NCBI GenBank assembly: GCA_964203375.1
Contig: CAXNLN010000004.1
Coordinates: 90,479 to 154,478, forward strand
Length of the DNA: 64,000 bases
Direction: 5' to 3'
Source: Polynucleobacter sp.
GTDB lineage: Bacteria > Pseudomonadota > Gammaproteobacteria > Burkholderiales > Burkholderiaceae
The translations under genes were made by a program, and so were the position numbers. Below are positions 34,252 through 44,726 of this stretch, piece after piece (the stretch's first letter is position 1; each line of letters starts with the position of its first letter). The notes beneath the pieces are model-generated. The model worked only from the letters and a program-made list of their open reading frames with translations. It was not told where the DNA came from and searched no databases.

Positions 34252-35159
34252 TTTTGTGCTCCCACTACTGGCAGGATAATTTTGGGTGGAGGCTCCCCCC
34301 AGACCACGCTACTGGGGTATCGACTAGCAACACGGGCAAGATCATTCAATTGATCGGTAATTTGCTTGAGATTTTCTACCGAGCTGAGGGTATCGCCCTG
34401 AACGCTAGAGAGGGTTTGGCGCAAGATGACAGTGGTGGCGATTACCTCGCGCATTAATAGCTCAAGCTCTGCCTTATTAGCAACCTCATCGATACGTCCC
34501 AATAGGATATTCAGGCGTTCTACCGAGGTAGCAATTCCAGAGTTCCCCTTGCCATCACCGCCAATAATCGTATTGAGATTCACCAATAATTCATCAAACT
34601 TCTTCTGAGTTCCAGCAAGATTCATATCGCCGAGGTTATCCAGTACCTTCTGAATCCCCGAAAAGAAAATATCAGTTTGACTGGGCAATGAACCAATCAC
34701 AATGTATTCAGGTTCCCAGTCATAAGATAAAGTCCGATAACCAGGCATGTCCCGTACGTAATCCAATTCTATGTAGTTGACACCCGTAATTCCCTGACTC
34801 TTAATCCGGGCTCGCAAATCACTGGGTAATTTACCCGTGGACCCCAAAATTTCAGCCTGATTAATATCAATTTTCATACGTACAACCACATACTCCCTTC
34901 GCTCAGCCAAGGGTTTATCGTTCTCATACAAATTGCCAGATAATCTAATTGAGGTCACTTGACCCAACTTCACCCCCCGAAAACGTACTGGAGCACCTAT
35001 ATCTAAACCTATAATCGATTGCTCAATATAAGTCTCAGTCATCATGGTCTTCTTAAAAATCTGACCAGTGCCAAAGATAAGAATTAAGCTAATAATTACA
35101 GCAATCCCAGTAAATACAAAAATTCCCAAGCGGAAATAATTAGGATTTGTTTGACTCAT
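34248..35159 (-). CDS. MlaD/MCE family protein
   Basis: N-terminal TM anchor, GLDIGAPVRFRGVKLGQV MCE motif, helical C-terminal part. Confidence 0.88.
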   Translation of the reverse strand: MSQTNPNYFRLGIFVFTGIAVIISLILIFGTGQIFKKTMMTETYIEQSIIGLDIGAPVRFRGVKLGQVTSIRLSGNLYENDKPLAERREYVVVRMKIDINQAEILGSTGKLPSDLRARIKSQGITGVNYIELDYVRDMPGYRTLSYDWEPEYIVIGSLPSQTDIFFSGIQKVLDNLGDMNLAGTQKKFDELLVNLNTIIGGDGKGNSGIATSVERLNILLGRIDEVANKAELELLMREVIATTVILRQTLSSVQGDTLSSVENLKQITDQLNDLARVASRYPSSVVWGEPPPKIILPVVGAQK

Positions 35160-35911
35160 GCCACTTCCTTCGTCATGACGCGATTAAAAAATTGACGTAC
35201 TCTCGGATCAGCACTGGAATCTCGTAAAACCCGTGGATCGCCTTGCGCAATAATACTTTTACTTTCTTTATCTAACATGATGATACGGTTGGCAATTGCG
35301 TAAATGCTGGCTAACTCATGAGAAACGATTACAAAGGTAATCCCGAGGTTTTTTGCAAGATCTAAAATCGTTTGATCTAAATCAGCCGATGTAATTGGAT
35401 CAAGCCCTGCTGAGGGCTCATCCAAGAACAGGATCTTTGGATCTAATGCTATGGCCCTGGCAATCGCTGCACGCTTTTGCATACCACCACTGATCTCGTT
35501 GGGCATATAGCTGGCATAAGGAAGCAAACCGACTAAATCTAACTTACAACGCGCCAGTAAATCCATCTCTGGGCGACTTAATTGGGTGTACTCTTCCATG
35601 AAGAGACGTACATTTTCTAATAGGGTCATTGATCCAAATAAGGCTCCTTGCTGATACATCACCCCAAAACGGGTCATAATATTTTGGCGTTCCTGACCCT
35701 GTGCTTTTGTGATGTTCATTCCATCAATCAATACATCACCCGCCAAGGGTTGATAAAGGCCAAATAGATTTTTAAGTAAACTCGATTTACCGCATCCCGA
35801 TCCGCCCAGAATGACAAAAACTTCTCCTGTGGCAATCGAAAAATTAAGGTCTTGCAAAAGCACCTTATCGCCGTATCCCACTCTAAGATGCTGAATCTCA
35901 ATCGCGTTCAT
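35156..35911 (-). CDS. ABC transporter ATP-binding protein (MlaF-like)
   Basis: Walker A GGSGCGKS, ISGGMQKR signature and DEPSAGLDP. Confidence 0.9.
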   Translation of the reverse strand: MNAIEIQHLRVGYGDKVLLQDLNFSIATGEVFVILGGSGCGKSSLLKNLFGLYQPLAGDVLIDGMNITKAQGQERQNIMTRFGVMYQQGALFGSMTLLENVRLFMEEYTQLSRPEMDLLARCKLDLVGLLPYASYMPNEISGGMQKRAAIARAIALDPKILFLDEPSAGLDPITSADLDQTILDLAKNLGITFVIVSHELASIYAIANRIIMLDKESKSIIAQGDPRVLRDSSADPRVRQFFNRVMTKEVA

Positions 35912-37074
35912 TAAAATCCTGTCCGATAAGAAACGTATGCAAAGATACCGTCCACCACAGTAATCATCACAATACTACTCACCACCGCCCGCGTCGTTGA
36001 AATACCAACAGCGGCGGCGCCCGTTCCGGTTTGCATCCCTCGTAAGCAACCAACGCTTGCAATAACCACGCCAAATATGGTGGCTTTTGTTAATCCTGAA
36101 AAGATATCTTCGAGCTTTACGGTATTAATCAAGCCCTCATAAAAATTAACTAATGGTATTCCGTAAATCAACATGGTCAGCGAGGATGAAAAGATGCTAA
36201 CTAGATCTGCAAAAATGGTCAGAATCGGTGCTACGACAATACCTGCCAATACACGCGGCAAGACCAAGAATCGAATCGGGCTTAAGCCTCCCGTAACTAA
36301 AGCATCCACCTCGCTATTCACTGTCATCGTGCCGATCTCTGCTGCAAAAGCCGCTGAGGAGCGTCCTGCCAATAACAAGGCAGTAATCAATGGTCCGAGC
36401 TCCCGAAAAATCCCAAGCGACACAAGAGGGCCAACAAAAGAGGTAGCGCCAAACTTTTCCAGACCAATAGCCGATTGAAAAGTCAGAATAACGCCAATCA
36501 GAAATGACACTAAGCCCACAATCGGGAGTGCAGCCAAACCCGCCTGCACAGCGACGCTCGCAAAATCTTGCCAACGTACTTTCAATGGATTACAAGCAGC
36601 CCAGACAAGTTCACTGGCAACCTGCCCTGTAAAGAAAATAATGCTCTTGATATCAATCCAAAAAATACTGGCTGCTTTTCCTGTTTTAACAATAAAATTA
36701 TCTGCAGATCCAGTGTCTGTGCTTGGAAACATCTTTGCAAAAGGAGCAAAGCGCTTAAGTTGTATATGCTGGCTTGGACTAAATCCTTCTAACCGGATCC
36801 TTGAACCAGTTATTTCTTGTGCGTGACTAAGGTCTATCAAGAAGGCCAAACCAGCCCCATCCAAATAATCGATCTGAGAACCATCAATGACCAAAATCTG
36901 GGATTCTTGATGAGATGCTAACCACTGATCCTGCTGATCACGTATCTGCTGCCAGATCGTTCCTAAAGAATCTGCGCTGATCCTGCCAGACAAAGTGATG
37001 CGAGCTTCATGGGGCCTCACTAAGGACCAACTTGCTACTGGTTTAGAAGAAATTACTTTGGGTAAGGAGACCAT
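35911..37074 (-). CDS. MlaE family permease with an N-terminal STAS-like domain
   Basis: DYLDGAGLAFL STAS-like motif; RELGPLITALLLAGRSSAAFAAEIGTM MlaE motif. Confidence 0.88.
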   Translation of the reverse strand: MVSLPKVISSKPVASWSLVRPHEARITLSGRISADSLGTIWQQIRDQQDQWLASHQESQILVIDGSQIDYLDGAGLAFLIDLSHAQEITGSRIRLEGFSPSQHIQLKRFAPFAKMFPSTDTGSADNFIVKTGKAASIFWIDIKSIIFFTGQVASELVWAACNPLKVRWQDFASVAVQAGLAALPIVGLVSFLIGVILTFQSAIGLEKFGATSFVGPLVSLGIFRELGPLITALLLAGRSSAAFAAEIGTMTVNSEVDALVTGGLSPIRFLVLPRVLAGIVVAPILTIFADLVSIFSSSLTMLIYGIPLVNFYEGLINTVKLEDIFSGLTKATIFGVVIASVGCLRGMQTGTGAAAVGISTTRAVVSSIVMITVVDGIFAYVSYRTGF

Positions 37075-37143
37075 ACGTTAGCTATTAAAGCAAACTATTG
37101 TGGCTTTGCGTAATTTGCCTATTTGAGGCAAATGGTGAGAATA

Positions 37144-37220
37144 TGGCGCGGCTGGCAGGATTCGAACCCACGACCCCTTGGTTCGTAGCCAAGTACTCTA
37201 TCCAACTGAGCTACAGCCGC
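37144..37220 (-). tRNA. tRNA-Arg(ACG)
   Basis: Minus strand GCGGCTGTAGCTCAGTTGGATAGAG...CTTGG-CTACGAA-CCAAG...GGTTCGAATCC...GCCA, 77 nt. Confidence 0.97.
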
Positions 37221-37230
37221 ATGAGGCAGA

Positions 37231-37239
37231 ATTATGCCA
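37231..37239 (-). promoter_or_regulatory. Candidate extended -10 promoter of tRNA-Arg
   Basis: Minus strand TG-G-CATAAT, 10 nt upstream of the mature tRNA 5' end, followed by TCTGCCT; overlaps the greB start codon. Confidence 0.45.
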
Positions 37240-37733
37240 TGGATAAGAAGAACTACATTACTCCCATTGGCCATCAAGCCCTGAAAACGGAGTTATTACA
37301 ACTTTTAGATCAGGAGCGCCCTGAGATTGTGCAAGTTGTACATTGGGCTGCATCCAATGGTGATCGTTCCGAAAATGGGGACTATATCTATGGCAAAAAG
37401 CGTTTGCGCGAGATTGATCGCCGTATTCGTTTCTTAAATCAGCGTCTCGAAAATGCCGTGGTGGTCAACAACTCCGATCGAATTGCTAATGGCGGCGACC
37501 CCGAGCAAGTGTTCTTTGGTGCTACTGTTCAATACAGCGATTCCGAGGGGACGGAGACCACTATTCGGATTGTTGGGGTTGATGAAGTAGATCTTGAACG
37601 AGGCTATGTGAGCTGGGTCTCACCGATCGCCAAGGCACTCATCAAGGCAAAGGTCGGGGATACGGTCAAAATACAAACCCCTGCGGGACCCAAAGAGATT
37701 GATATTATCGCAGTGAATTACGACAAGCTATAG
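37239..37733 (+). CDS. greB: Transcription elongation factor GreB
   Basis: WAASNGDRSENGDYIYGKKRLREIDRRIRFL. The track's upstream extension runs through the tRNA, so the start is moved to MDKK. Confidence 0.93.
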   Translation: MDKKNYITPIGHQALKTELLQLLDQERPEIVQVVHWAASNGDRSENGDYIYGKKRLREIDRRIRFLNQRLENAVVVNNSDRIANGGDPEQVFFGATVQYSDSEGTETTIRIVGVDEVDLERGYVSWVSPIAKALIKAKVGDTVKIQTPAGPKEIDIIAVNYDKL

Positions 37734-37742
37734 TCGTCCGAC

Positions 37743-40079
37743 TTAGGAGCTACGATTACGAACCACTCTGAATACATCAGAGTTAGAGCGCAGACCTCTT
37801 AATACTCGGGATAAGTGCAGGCGATTAGACACCTGAATCGTGAAGCGCATTGTTACCGAATCTTCTTTGTACTTATCGTCCATCGCAACGTTTAAGATGT
37901 TCGAATCAGCTGACGTGATACTACTAGCCACTTTTGCTAACACACCCTTTCCTTGCTTAGTATCAATGATGATGCCGACATCAAATTCCCGATTTGTGTC
38001 TTTGCTCCACTGCACTCCCACCCACTTATCGCTATCTTTTGAAAGCATCCGCGAGGCCACTTTGCAATCCTGCGTATGAATTTGTAGGCCCTCACCCTTA
38101 CCAAGGTAGCCGATGATGTCATCTCCCGGAATGGGATGACAACAGCTTTGAAAGCTTACTGACATCCCTTCACGACCATCCACCACAATTGCCTGTCCTT
38201 GAGGCTCATTGTGCAAGGTGCTCCAATCTCCTGTACCGAGTCGCATTTGTTCCGAACCGGTCTCTTCCCCAATCAAAATCTTTAAACGCGAAGCAAGTTC
38301 TTGTGCCGTTCTGCGCCCAAGCACAATGTTCACACACACCTCTTCACGCGTTTTATCACCAGTCCAGTGCAGTAATTTCTCCCATAACTCAGGTACCAAT
38401 AAGCCTGCATCAACCCCGTGTTGTCGTAAAGCACTAGCCAATAATCGCTCTCCGAGTTGCAGAGCTTCTGCATAGTGCTTGGTCTTTAATGAATGACGAA
38501 TCGCAGCACGCGCTTTACCGGTACGAACAAATTCCAGCCAGCCCGGATTAGGTTGCGATGAGGTCGAATTAATCACTTCCACAATGTCACCGTTCTTCAG
38601 TTCCGTTCTGAGTGGTAATTGCAAATTATTGATCTTGACCGCTACACAGGTATTGCCTAAATCACTATGGATCGAATATGCAAAATCAAGTGCGGTGGCT
38701 CCTCGAGGCAATGCCCGAATTTGCCCCTTCGGAGTAAACACATAAACGGCATCTGGGAACAAATCAATCTTGACATGCTCCAAGAACTCTTGTGAGTCGC
38801 CACTATTGTCTTGAATATCCACCAGAGACTGAAGCCATTGGTGCGCCCGGTTTTGTACCTCACTTAACTCGGGAGAGCCGTCTTTGTAGGCCCAGTGGGC
38901 GGCTACACCAGACTCTGCCACAGCATGCATATCGGCCGTGCGTATCTGGAATTCGACGGGTACGCCGGATGGTCCTACCAGCGTGGTGTGCAAAGACTGA
39001 TAACCATTTAATTTGGGGATGGCGATGTAGTCCTTAAATTTACCTGGCATCGGCTTATAAAGCGAATGCAATATCCCTAAGGCACGATAACTTTCATCCA
39101 CAGAATGAACGGTGACACGAAAAGCATACACATCCAAGACTTGGGAGAAGCTCAAATGTTTGGCATGCATCTTGTTATAAATACTAAAGAGAGTTTTTTC
39201 TCGTCCCTGTAGATCTACTTCAATTCCTGCTTTAGCAAACTGCATCCGAACAGTCTGCAAAATCTTATCAACCATCTCACGGCGATTACCGCGTGCTTTC
39301 TTAACCGCTTTTTCGATCACCCGAAAGCGCATGGGCATCGAATGCTTAAAGCTGACGTCTTGTAAATCACGATAGATCAGGTTCAAGCCCAAACGATGCG
39401 CAATGGGTGCATAGATCTCCATCGTTTCAAGAGCAACCCGACGCCTTTTTTCGGCAGGGACGGCATCTAGGGTGTGCATATTATGAGTACGATCGGCGAG
39501 CTTGACTAAGATCACACGAACATCGCGTGCCATTGCCATGAACATCTTGCGAAAGCTTTCGGCTTGCGCTTCAGCATGACTCTGAAACTCTAATTTATCG
39601 AGCTTGGTTAAACCTTCAACAAGCTCAGCAACTTTTGCTCCAAACTGGTTTACCAGATCTGTTTGTGTACAACCAGAATCTTCGATTACATCATGCAATA
39701 AAGCAGCCATGATGCTTTGCGCATCAAGTCGCCAACTGGCGCACAATTCGGCAACAGAGACGGGATGAGTGATGTAGGGCTCACCACTATGGCGATATTG
39801 CCCAAGATGAGCGGCATCGGCAAACTGAAATGCTCGCTTGATCAGGGTTACTTCCTCTGGCTTGAGGTAATGAAGTTTCTCGGTGAGCCCCGAGACGGAA
39901 ACAACTTGTTGCTTCGGTGGGACCTTAGGCTGTGAGGTTGGTCCAAAAAGATGCCGGCTCGATTGCTCCAGCAAAGATGCGATAACGCCTTGATTTGTGC
40001 TTAAATCAACCGGATTTGAGCCAATTTTGCGAGACGAACTCTCGCCTTGTAAACCCGATGTGGTGACCGGTGACGCCAC
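37743..40079 (-). CDS. spoT: Bifunctional (p)ppGpp synthetase/hydrolase
   Basis: Intact HD motif (LLHDVIED), KLADRTHNM, synthetase, TGS and ACT domains; follows rpoZ. Confidence 0.93.
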   Translation of the reverse strand: MASPVTTSGLQGESSSRKIGSNPVDLSTNQGVIASLLEQSSRHLFGPTSQPKVPPKQQVVSVSGLTEKLHYLKPEEVTLIKRAFQFADAAHLGQYRHSGEPYITHPVSVAELCASWRLDAQSIMAALLHDVIEDSGCTQTDLVNQFGAKVAELVEGLTKLDKLEFQSHAEAQAESFRKMFMAMARDVRVILVKLADRTHNMHTLDAVPAEKRRRVALETMEIYAPIAHRLGLNLIYRDLQDVSFKHSMPMRFRVIEKAVKKARGNRREMVDKILQTVRMQFAKAGIEVDLQGREKTLFSIYNKMHAKHLSFSQVLDVYAFRVTVHSVDESYRALGILHSLYKPMPGKFKDYIAIPKLNGYQSLHTTLVGPSGVPVEFQIRTADMHAVAESGVAAHWAYKDGSPELSEVQNRAHQWLQSLVDIQDNSGDSQEFLEHVKIDLFPDAVYVFTPKGQIRALPRGATALDFAYSIHSDLGNTCVAVKINNLQLPLRTELKNGDIVEVINSTSSQPNPGWLEFVRTGKARAAIRHSLKTKHYAEALQLGERLLASALRQHGVDAGLLVPELWEKLLHWTGDKTREEVCVNIVLGRRTAQELASRLKILIGEETGSEQMRLGTGDWSTLHNEPQGQAIVVDGREGMSVSFQSCCHPIPGDDIIGYLGKGEGLQIHTQDCKVASRMLSKDSDKWVGVQWSKDTNREFDVGIIIDTKQGKGVLAKVASSITSADSNILNVAMDDKYKEDSVTMRFTIQVSNRLHLSRVLRGLRSNSDVFRVVRNRSS

Positions 40080-40094
40080 AGCGGGACCTCCAAT

Positions 40095-40298
40095 TTAAAG
40101 AGGTACTTTGGTCAGCATATCCCGATCGGTTACGCCAGCAGCAATCTCACGCAAAGCAACAACGGTTGCCTTATCTTTAGCATCCACGCGGGCTGCATGA
40201 CCCTGAACCAGCTGACGCGCACGGTAAGTTGCGGCTAGGACCAACTCAAAACGATTGGGGACGGTTTTTAAACAATCTTCTACGGTAATACGTGCCAT
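40095..40298 (-). CDS. rpoZ: RNA polymerase omega subunit
   Basis: [28 protein letters not shown]. Confidence 0.97.
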   Translation of the reverse strand: MARITVEDCLKTVPNRFELVLAATYRARQLVQGHAARVDAKDKATVVALREIAAGVTDRDMLTKVPL

Positions 40299-40363
40299 AC
40301 GGAACTCACTTATTAAGGATTAGGAGACTCTCCAATACCCATAGGATAACTGATTGGCTAGAA

Positions 40364-40996
40364 TCACGCCCCAAGACGCTTAACGAGTGCAGGAAAGCGA
40401 GCCATCATGGGGTTAGTACGCAAGCGACTCGCAGCCACAATTGCCTGTAAATCTCGCAACGCGTCGGCAAAGATCTCGTTAATCACAATAAAGTCAGCTT
40501 GGTGAGCATGCTGAAGCTCTATATGAGCCGCAGCTACCCGCTTGGCAATCGTTTGTTCATCATCTTGTCCGCGTTTATGCAGGCGCTGTTCTAGGGCCTC
40601 AATCGAGGGTGGAAAGATAAAAATCCAGATCGCTTGCGGTATACATTGACGAATTTGTTGTGCCCCTTGCCAATCAATTTCTAAAATGACATCACTGCCT
40701 TTTTGCATTTGGCCCTCGATCCAGGAACGCGACGTGCCGTATAAATTACCGTGTACCTCAGCCCATTCCAAGAAATCGCCAGAGTCTCTTTTGGCTAAAA
40801 ACTGTTCTTTAGAGATGAATGAGTAATCACGCCCATCTAACTCACCAGCACGGGGGTCTCGAGTGGTGCACGATAAAGAAAGTTGTAGGCTATGGTCTGA
40901 TTCTAATAATGCGTTTACCAGCGACGATTTACCAGCACCCGAGGGTGCCACGATCATCAACATACTTCCCTTATACGATTGTGAGCTTGTGTTCAT
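40364..40996 (-). CDS. gmk: Guanylate kinase
   Basis: APSGAGKSS, TTRDPRAGE and EWAEVHGNLYGT motifs. Confidence 0.96.
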   Translation of the reverse strand: MNTSSQSYKGSMLMIVAPSGAGKSSLVNALLESDHSLQLSLSCTTRDPRAGELDGRDYSFISKEQFLAKRDSGDFLEWAEVHGNLYGTSRSWIEGQMQKGSDVILEIDWQGAQQIRQCIPQAIWIFIFPPSIEALEQRLHKRGQDDEQTIAKRVAAAHIELQHAHQADFIVINEIFADALRDLQAIVAASRLRTNPMMARFPALVKRLGA

Positions 40997-41008
40997 CAGT
41001 AATTAGCC

Positions 41009-41935
41009 TTACTCGAGATTCTGCACCTGCTCGCGCATTTGCTCAATCAATAATTTAAGTTCAAGTGCAGCATTCGTGAAATCCTTGTTCACCGATTTTG
41101 ATCCTAAAGTATTAGCCTCGCGATTAAGCTCTTGAACCAAGAAATCTAAACGCTTACCCACGGGCCCACCCTCTTTTAGGACAGAATAAGCAGTTTGAAA
41201 ATGGGTCTGCAGACGTGCTAACTCTTCTGCCACGTCAATCCGAACGGCATAAAGAACAACTTCTTGCCGGATTCTCTCCATCAACTCTGTGTTGATTGGA
41301 AGCTGGGCTGACTTGGCATAGGAACCCAAGGCCTCCTCAAGTCGGGTCACTAACTTACTTTGGTATTGGTGCACAATTTCTGGCATCTTGGGTTCTATCC
41401 GAGTCACGATAGCTTCCATCGAGGTCAAAATATTACCTAGCACTAGAGCAAGAGCCTTGCCTTCATCTTGACGCGCTCTCAGTAGTTGTTTTAGGGCTTC
41501 CTGACTGGCTTCAATACTCGCAAGCTGCCATTGATCTTCTGTGGTTTCTGATTCAGCAACAACCCCCGGCCAACGCAAGATATCCGCCATACGCAGTTCG
41601 CCTGCATTCGGAAACTGTTTTTGGATCCCTTGCTGAAGTTCTTGAAGAGCGCTTAAGGTGGCTTGATTAAGACCAATGGTCGTTTTTGCAGAAACCGACT
41701 CAGAGTGCGCTATGCGCCAAGCAGCTCGTACTTCGATCTTGCCCCGCTTGAGGGATTTGCTTAAGAGATCTCGAATACCTATTTCAGCGCTGCGGCACTC
41801 GTCAGGCATCCGAAAGCTCAGATCCAGAAAACGGCTGTTCACCGCCCTGATTTCTACCTGTAAATTAGCAAAGCTCCCAGAGCCCAACTCAATTTGGCGG
41901 GAGGCACTTCCATAACCTGTCATGCTCGATATCAT
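41009..41935 (-). CDS. yicC: YicC/YloC family endoribonuclease
   Basis: SSMTGYG, VNSRFLD and [21 protein letters not shown] motifs. Confidence 0.93.
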   Translation of the reverse strand: MISSMTGYGSASRQIELGSGSFANLQVEIRAVNSRFLDLSFRMPDECRSAEIGIRDLLSKSLKRGKIEVRAAWRIAHSESVSAKTTIGLNQATLSALQELQQGIQKQFPNAGELRMADILRWPGVVAESETTEDQWQLASIEASQEALKQLLRARQDEGKALALVLGNILTSMEAIVTRIEPKMPEIVHQYQSKLVTRLEEALGSYAKSAQLPINTELMERIRQEVVLYAVRIDVAEELARLQTHFQTAYSVLKEGGPVGKRLDFLVQELNREANTLGSKSVNKDFTNAALELKLLIEQMREQVQNLE

Positions 41936-41967
41936 GTAGGCATTGTAAATTGCAAAGGTACCTTCCC

Positions 41968-42696
41968 ATGAATCAACCCTACCAACGTCCTAGTCAACGC
42001 AAGGCCAGTGAGCTTCGGCCCGTTACGATTACTCGATCCTTCACAAAACACGCTGAAGGCTCTGTCCTGATTGAGTTTGGGGATACTAAGGTCTTATGCA
42101 CTGCCAGCATCCTTGAAAAGGTGCCGCCCCATCAGAAAGGCTCTGGTGAGGGCTGGGTTACCGCAGAGTACGGCATGCTACCCCGCTCTACCCATACCCG
42201 TTCGGATCGTGAGGCAGCCAGAGGCAAACAAAGTGGCCGTACCCAAGAAATCCAGCGTTTAATCGGTCGTGCGATGCGCAGTGTCTTTGATCTGAAGGTT
42301 TTGGGTGAACGCACCATCCACCTAGACTGCGATGTCTTGCAAGCGGATGGTGGCACAAGAACAGCTGCTATTACGGGGGCTTATGTTGCGGCCCGCGATG
42401 CGGTCAACCTTTTACTCAAAAATAAAGTGATATCCAGCGATCCGATTTTAGATAGCGTTGCCGCCATTTCCGTTGGTATTTATCAAGGCGTTCCCGTCTT
42501 GGATTTGGATTATGCCGAGGACTCTGCCTGCGATACCGATATGAATATCGTGATGACTGGTAAGGGCGGCATGATTGAGGTACAAGGAACCGCAGAAGGG
42601 GCTCCATTCTCCCGCGCCGAACTAGAGGCACTGCTTAATTTGGCGAAAGCCGGTATCGAGGAGTTGAGCTCACTGCAAACAAAAGCACTTTCCTGA
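41968..42696 (+). CDS. rph: Ribonuclease PH
   Basis: [21 protein letters not shown] and [12 protein letters not shown] motifs. Confidence 0.96.
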   Translation: MNQPYQRPSQRKASELRPVTITRSFTKHAEGSVLIEFGDTKVLCTASILEKVPPHQKGSGEGWVTAEYGMLPRSTHTRSDREAARGKQSGRTQEIQRLIGRAMRSVFDLKVLGERTIHLDCDVLQADGGTRTAAITGAYVAARDAVNLLLKNKVISSDPILDSVAAISVGIYQGVPVLDLDYAEDSACDTDMNIVMTGKGGMIEVQGTAEGAPFSRAELEALLNLAKAGIEELSSLQTKALS

Positions 42697-42697
42697 G

Positions 42698-43309
42698 ATG
42701 AAGCAGCGCCTCGTATTGGCATCTAGTAATGCTGGCAAATTGCGAGAGTTTGCTGAGCTACTTCACCCCTTTTCCATCGATGTAATTGCTCAAGGGGCGC
42801 TCAAGATCCCAGCCGCAGATGAACCTTTTGACTCTTTTGTTGAGAATGCCTTAGCCAAGGCTAGGCATGCTAGCCAGCTCAGCTCTCTTCCTGCTCTCGC
42901 CGATGACTCTGGGATTTGTGTGGATGCTCTTGCTGGAGCACCGGGGGTGCGTTCAGCTCGTTTTGCTGGCACGCACTGTTCTGATGCCGATAATAATCAA
43001 AAACTCATTACGTCCCTGCGCGATCAGAAAGACCGTCGCGCCCATTATGTCTGCGCCTTGGTATTGGTGCGAAACGCTACTGATGCCAAGCCTCTTATTG
43101 TGGAAACACGTTGGGATGGTGAAATCATCGATGCACCTCGGGGTGTTAATGGATTTGGTTATGACCCTTATTTTTTTCTTCCAGAGCTCAATAAGACGGC
43201 TGCAGAACTTAGCCCCGAGCATAAGAATCAAATTAGTCATCGTGGTCAAGCCTTAAGGACCCTCATGAGCCAATTACAAAACCCTTCCTTCTTTACCACC
43301 AATGCTTGA
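42698..43309 (+). CDS. rdgB: dITP/XTP pyrophosphatase
   Basis: ASSNAGKLRE, ADDSG, GFGYDP and SHRG motifs. Confidence 0.94.
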   Translation: MKQRLVLASSNAGKLREFAELLHPFSIDVIAQGALKIPAADEPFDSFVENALAKARHASQLSSLPALADDSGICVDALAGAPGVRSARFAGTHCSDADNNQKLITSLRDQKDRRAHYVCALVLVRNATDAKPLIVETRWDGEIIDAPRGVNGFGYDPYFFLPELNKTAAELSPEHKNQISHRGQALRTLMSQLQNPSFFTTNA

Positions 43310-44471
43310 CTCTGCTATTCAACTCAAGGCTTTACCCCCGCTCTCGCTCTATATTCATTTTCCTTGGTGTGAGCGCAAATGCCCCTATTGCGACTTTAAC
43401 TCCCATCAAGTAAAGGATGGTGGCTTTGATGAGCAGCGTTATATACAAGCGCTCATTGCTGATCTGCAAACAGAACTTCCCAATGTTTGGGGTCGGCGCG
43501 TTCATACCATCTTTATTGGTGGTGGCACCCCCAGTCTCTTATCACCATCGGGGCTAGATCAACTTCTTTCTCATGTTCGCGCACTCCTGCCCTTAGAGCC
43601 TCATGCTGAAATCACCTTAGAGGCCAATCCCGGATCAGTGGAGGCTGCTAAGTTCAGAGAGTTTGCTCAGCTCGGTGTTAATCGAGTATCGCTAGGGATT
43701 CAGAGTTTTAATGATCGTCACCTCAAAGCCTTAGGCCGAGTCCATAACTCTTCAGAGGCTCAGGCTGCTATTGAGATTGCCCAAGACTATTTTGCAAGCA
43801 TCAATCTCGACTTAATGTATGCCTTACCAGAGCAAACTATGGATGAGGCTAAAGCGGATTTATTGCGAGCCTTATCGTTTAATACCAAGCACCTATCCCT
43901 GTATCACCTCACCATGGAGCCCAATACGTACTTTGCAAGTCATCCCCCTACACTACCGAGTGAGGATGATAGTGACGCAATGTTTGATGCTGCGCTCTCC
44001 ATCCTCCAAGACAGAGGCTATCAACGCTATGAGGTATCCGCCTATTGCCAAGATCGTCAAGTATGCAAACACAATCTCAATTACTGGGAATTTGGTGACT
44101 ATATTGGCATCGGCGCAGGTGCCCACGGGAAGATTTCTTATCCAAATAAGATTACTCGGCAAGTACGTGAGCGTCATCCAGAGACTTATATGGATAAGAT
44201 GGCGAAAGATAACGCTGCGTGTATTGAGAATCGCATCATTGCCCTCAGTGATCTAAGCTTTGAGTTCATGCTCAACGGTTTGCGATTAATCAATGGCGTA
44301 CCAACCCATCAATTTACAGAGCGCACTGGTTTGCCTTTGCATCGAATCTCCAAAGCGATTGATGAGGCAATCCGGAAGGGCTTATTGGACGAAGATCCAA
44401 CTCGACTCAAGGCAACGCCACTGGGTATGCGCTATCTGAATGATCTGCAGGAACTATTCTTGAGCGAATAA
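43302..44471 (+). CDS. hemW: Radical SAM heme chaperone
   Basis: YIHFPWCERKCPYCDF and HNLNYW motifs; follows rdgB. Confidence 0.92.
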   Translation: MLDSAIQLKALPPLSLYIHFPWCERKCPYCDFNSHQVKDGGFDEQRYIQALIADLQTELPNVWGRRVHTIFIGGGTPSLLSPSGLDQLLSHVRALLPLEPHAEITLEANPGSVEAAKFREFAQLGVNRVSLGIQSFNDRHLKALGRVHNSSEAQAAIEIAQDYFASINLDLMYALPEQTMDEAKADLLRALSFNTKHLSLYHLTMEPNTYFASHPPTLPSEDDSDAMFDAALSILQDRGYQRYEVSAYCQDRQVCKHNLNYWEFGDYIGIGAGAHGKISYPNKITRQVRERHPETYMDKMAKDNAACIENRIIALSDLSFEFMLNGLRLINGVPTHQFTERTGLPLHRISKAIDEAIRKGLLDEDPTRLKATPLGMRYLNDLQELFLSE

Positions 44472-44477
44472 GAGAGA

Positions 44478-44567
44478 TGGCGGAAGCGGTGAGATTCGAA
44501 CTCACGGAGGACTTTCATCCTCGCCAGTTTTCAAGACTGGTGCATTCAACCACTCTGCCACGCTTCC
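44478..44567 (-). tRNA. tRNA-Ser(TGA)
   Basis: Minus strand GGAAGCGTGGCAGAGTGG...CCAGT-CTTGAAA-ACTGG, long variable arm, GTTCGAATC, CCA; 90 nt. Confidence 0.96.
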
Positions 44568-44692
44568 ATTGAAGGTCTGATTATAAAGAGGTAATCCAAT
44601 TGCCTTTACTTTTAGTCCTTTTCTGACAAAGCGTTAATGCCAATCTTGATTAATCATTAGCTAAAGTGACGATCCGGCGGGTGCTGGTAAAA

Positions 44693-44714
44693 TAGTCAGA
44701 ATTCTAGTCAGAAT
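44693..44714 (+). repeat. Direct repeat TAGTCAGAAT x2, candidate antitoxin operator
   Basis: tagtcagaat-tc-tagtcagaat, just after a TAAAAT -10-like hexamer and before the antitoxin RBS. Confidence 0.6.
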
Positions 44715-44726
44715 AAGGAATTCACG

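Noticed and set aside
33538-37143. Integrative element or prophage at tRNA-Arg
   Set aside because: No integrase and no duplicated tRNA 3' end found by eye.
37098-37238. 47-aa N-terminal extension of GreB in the ORF track
   Set aside because: It is the antisense reading of tRNA-Arg (LAGFEPTTPWFVAKYSIQLSY is a typical tRNA shadow translation).
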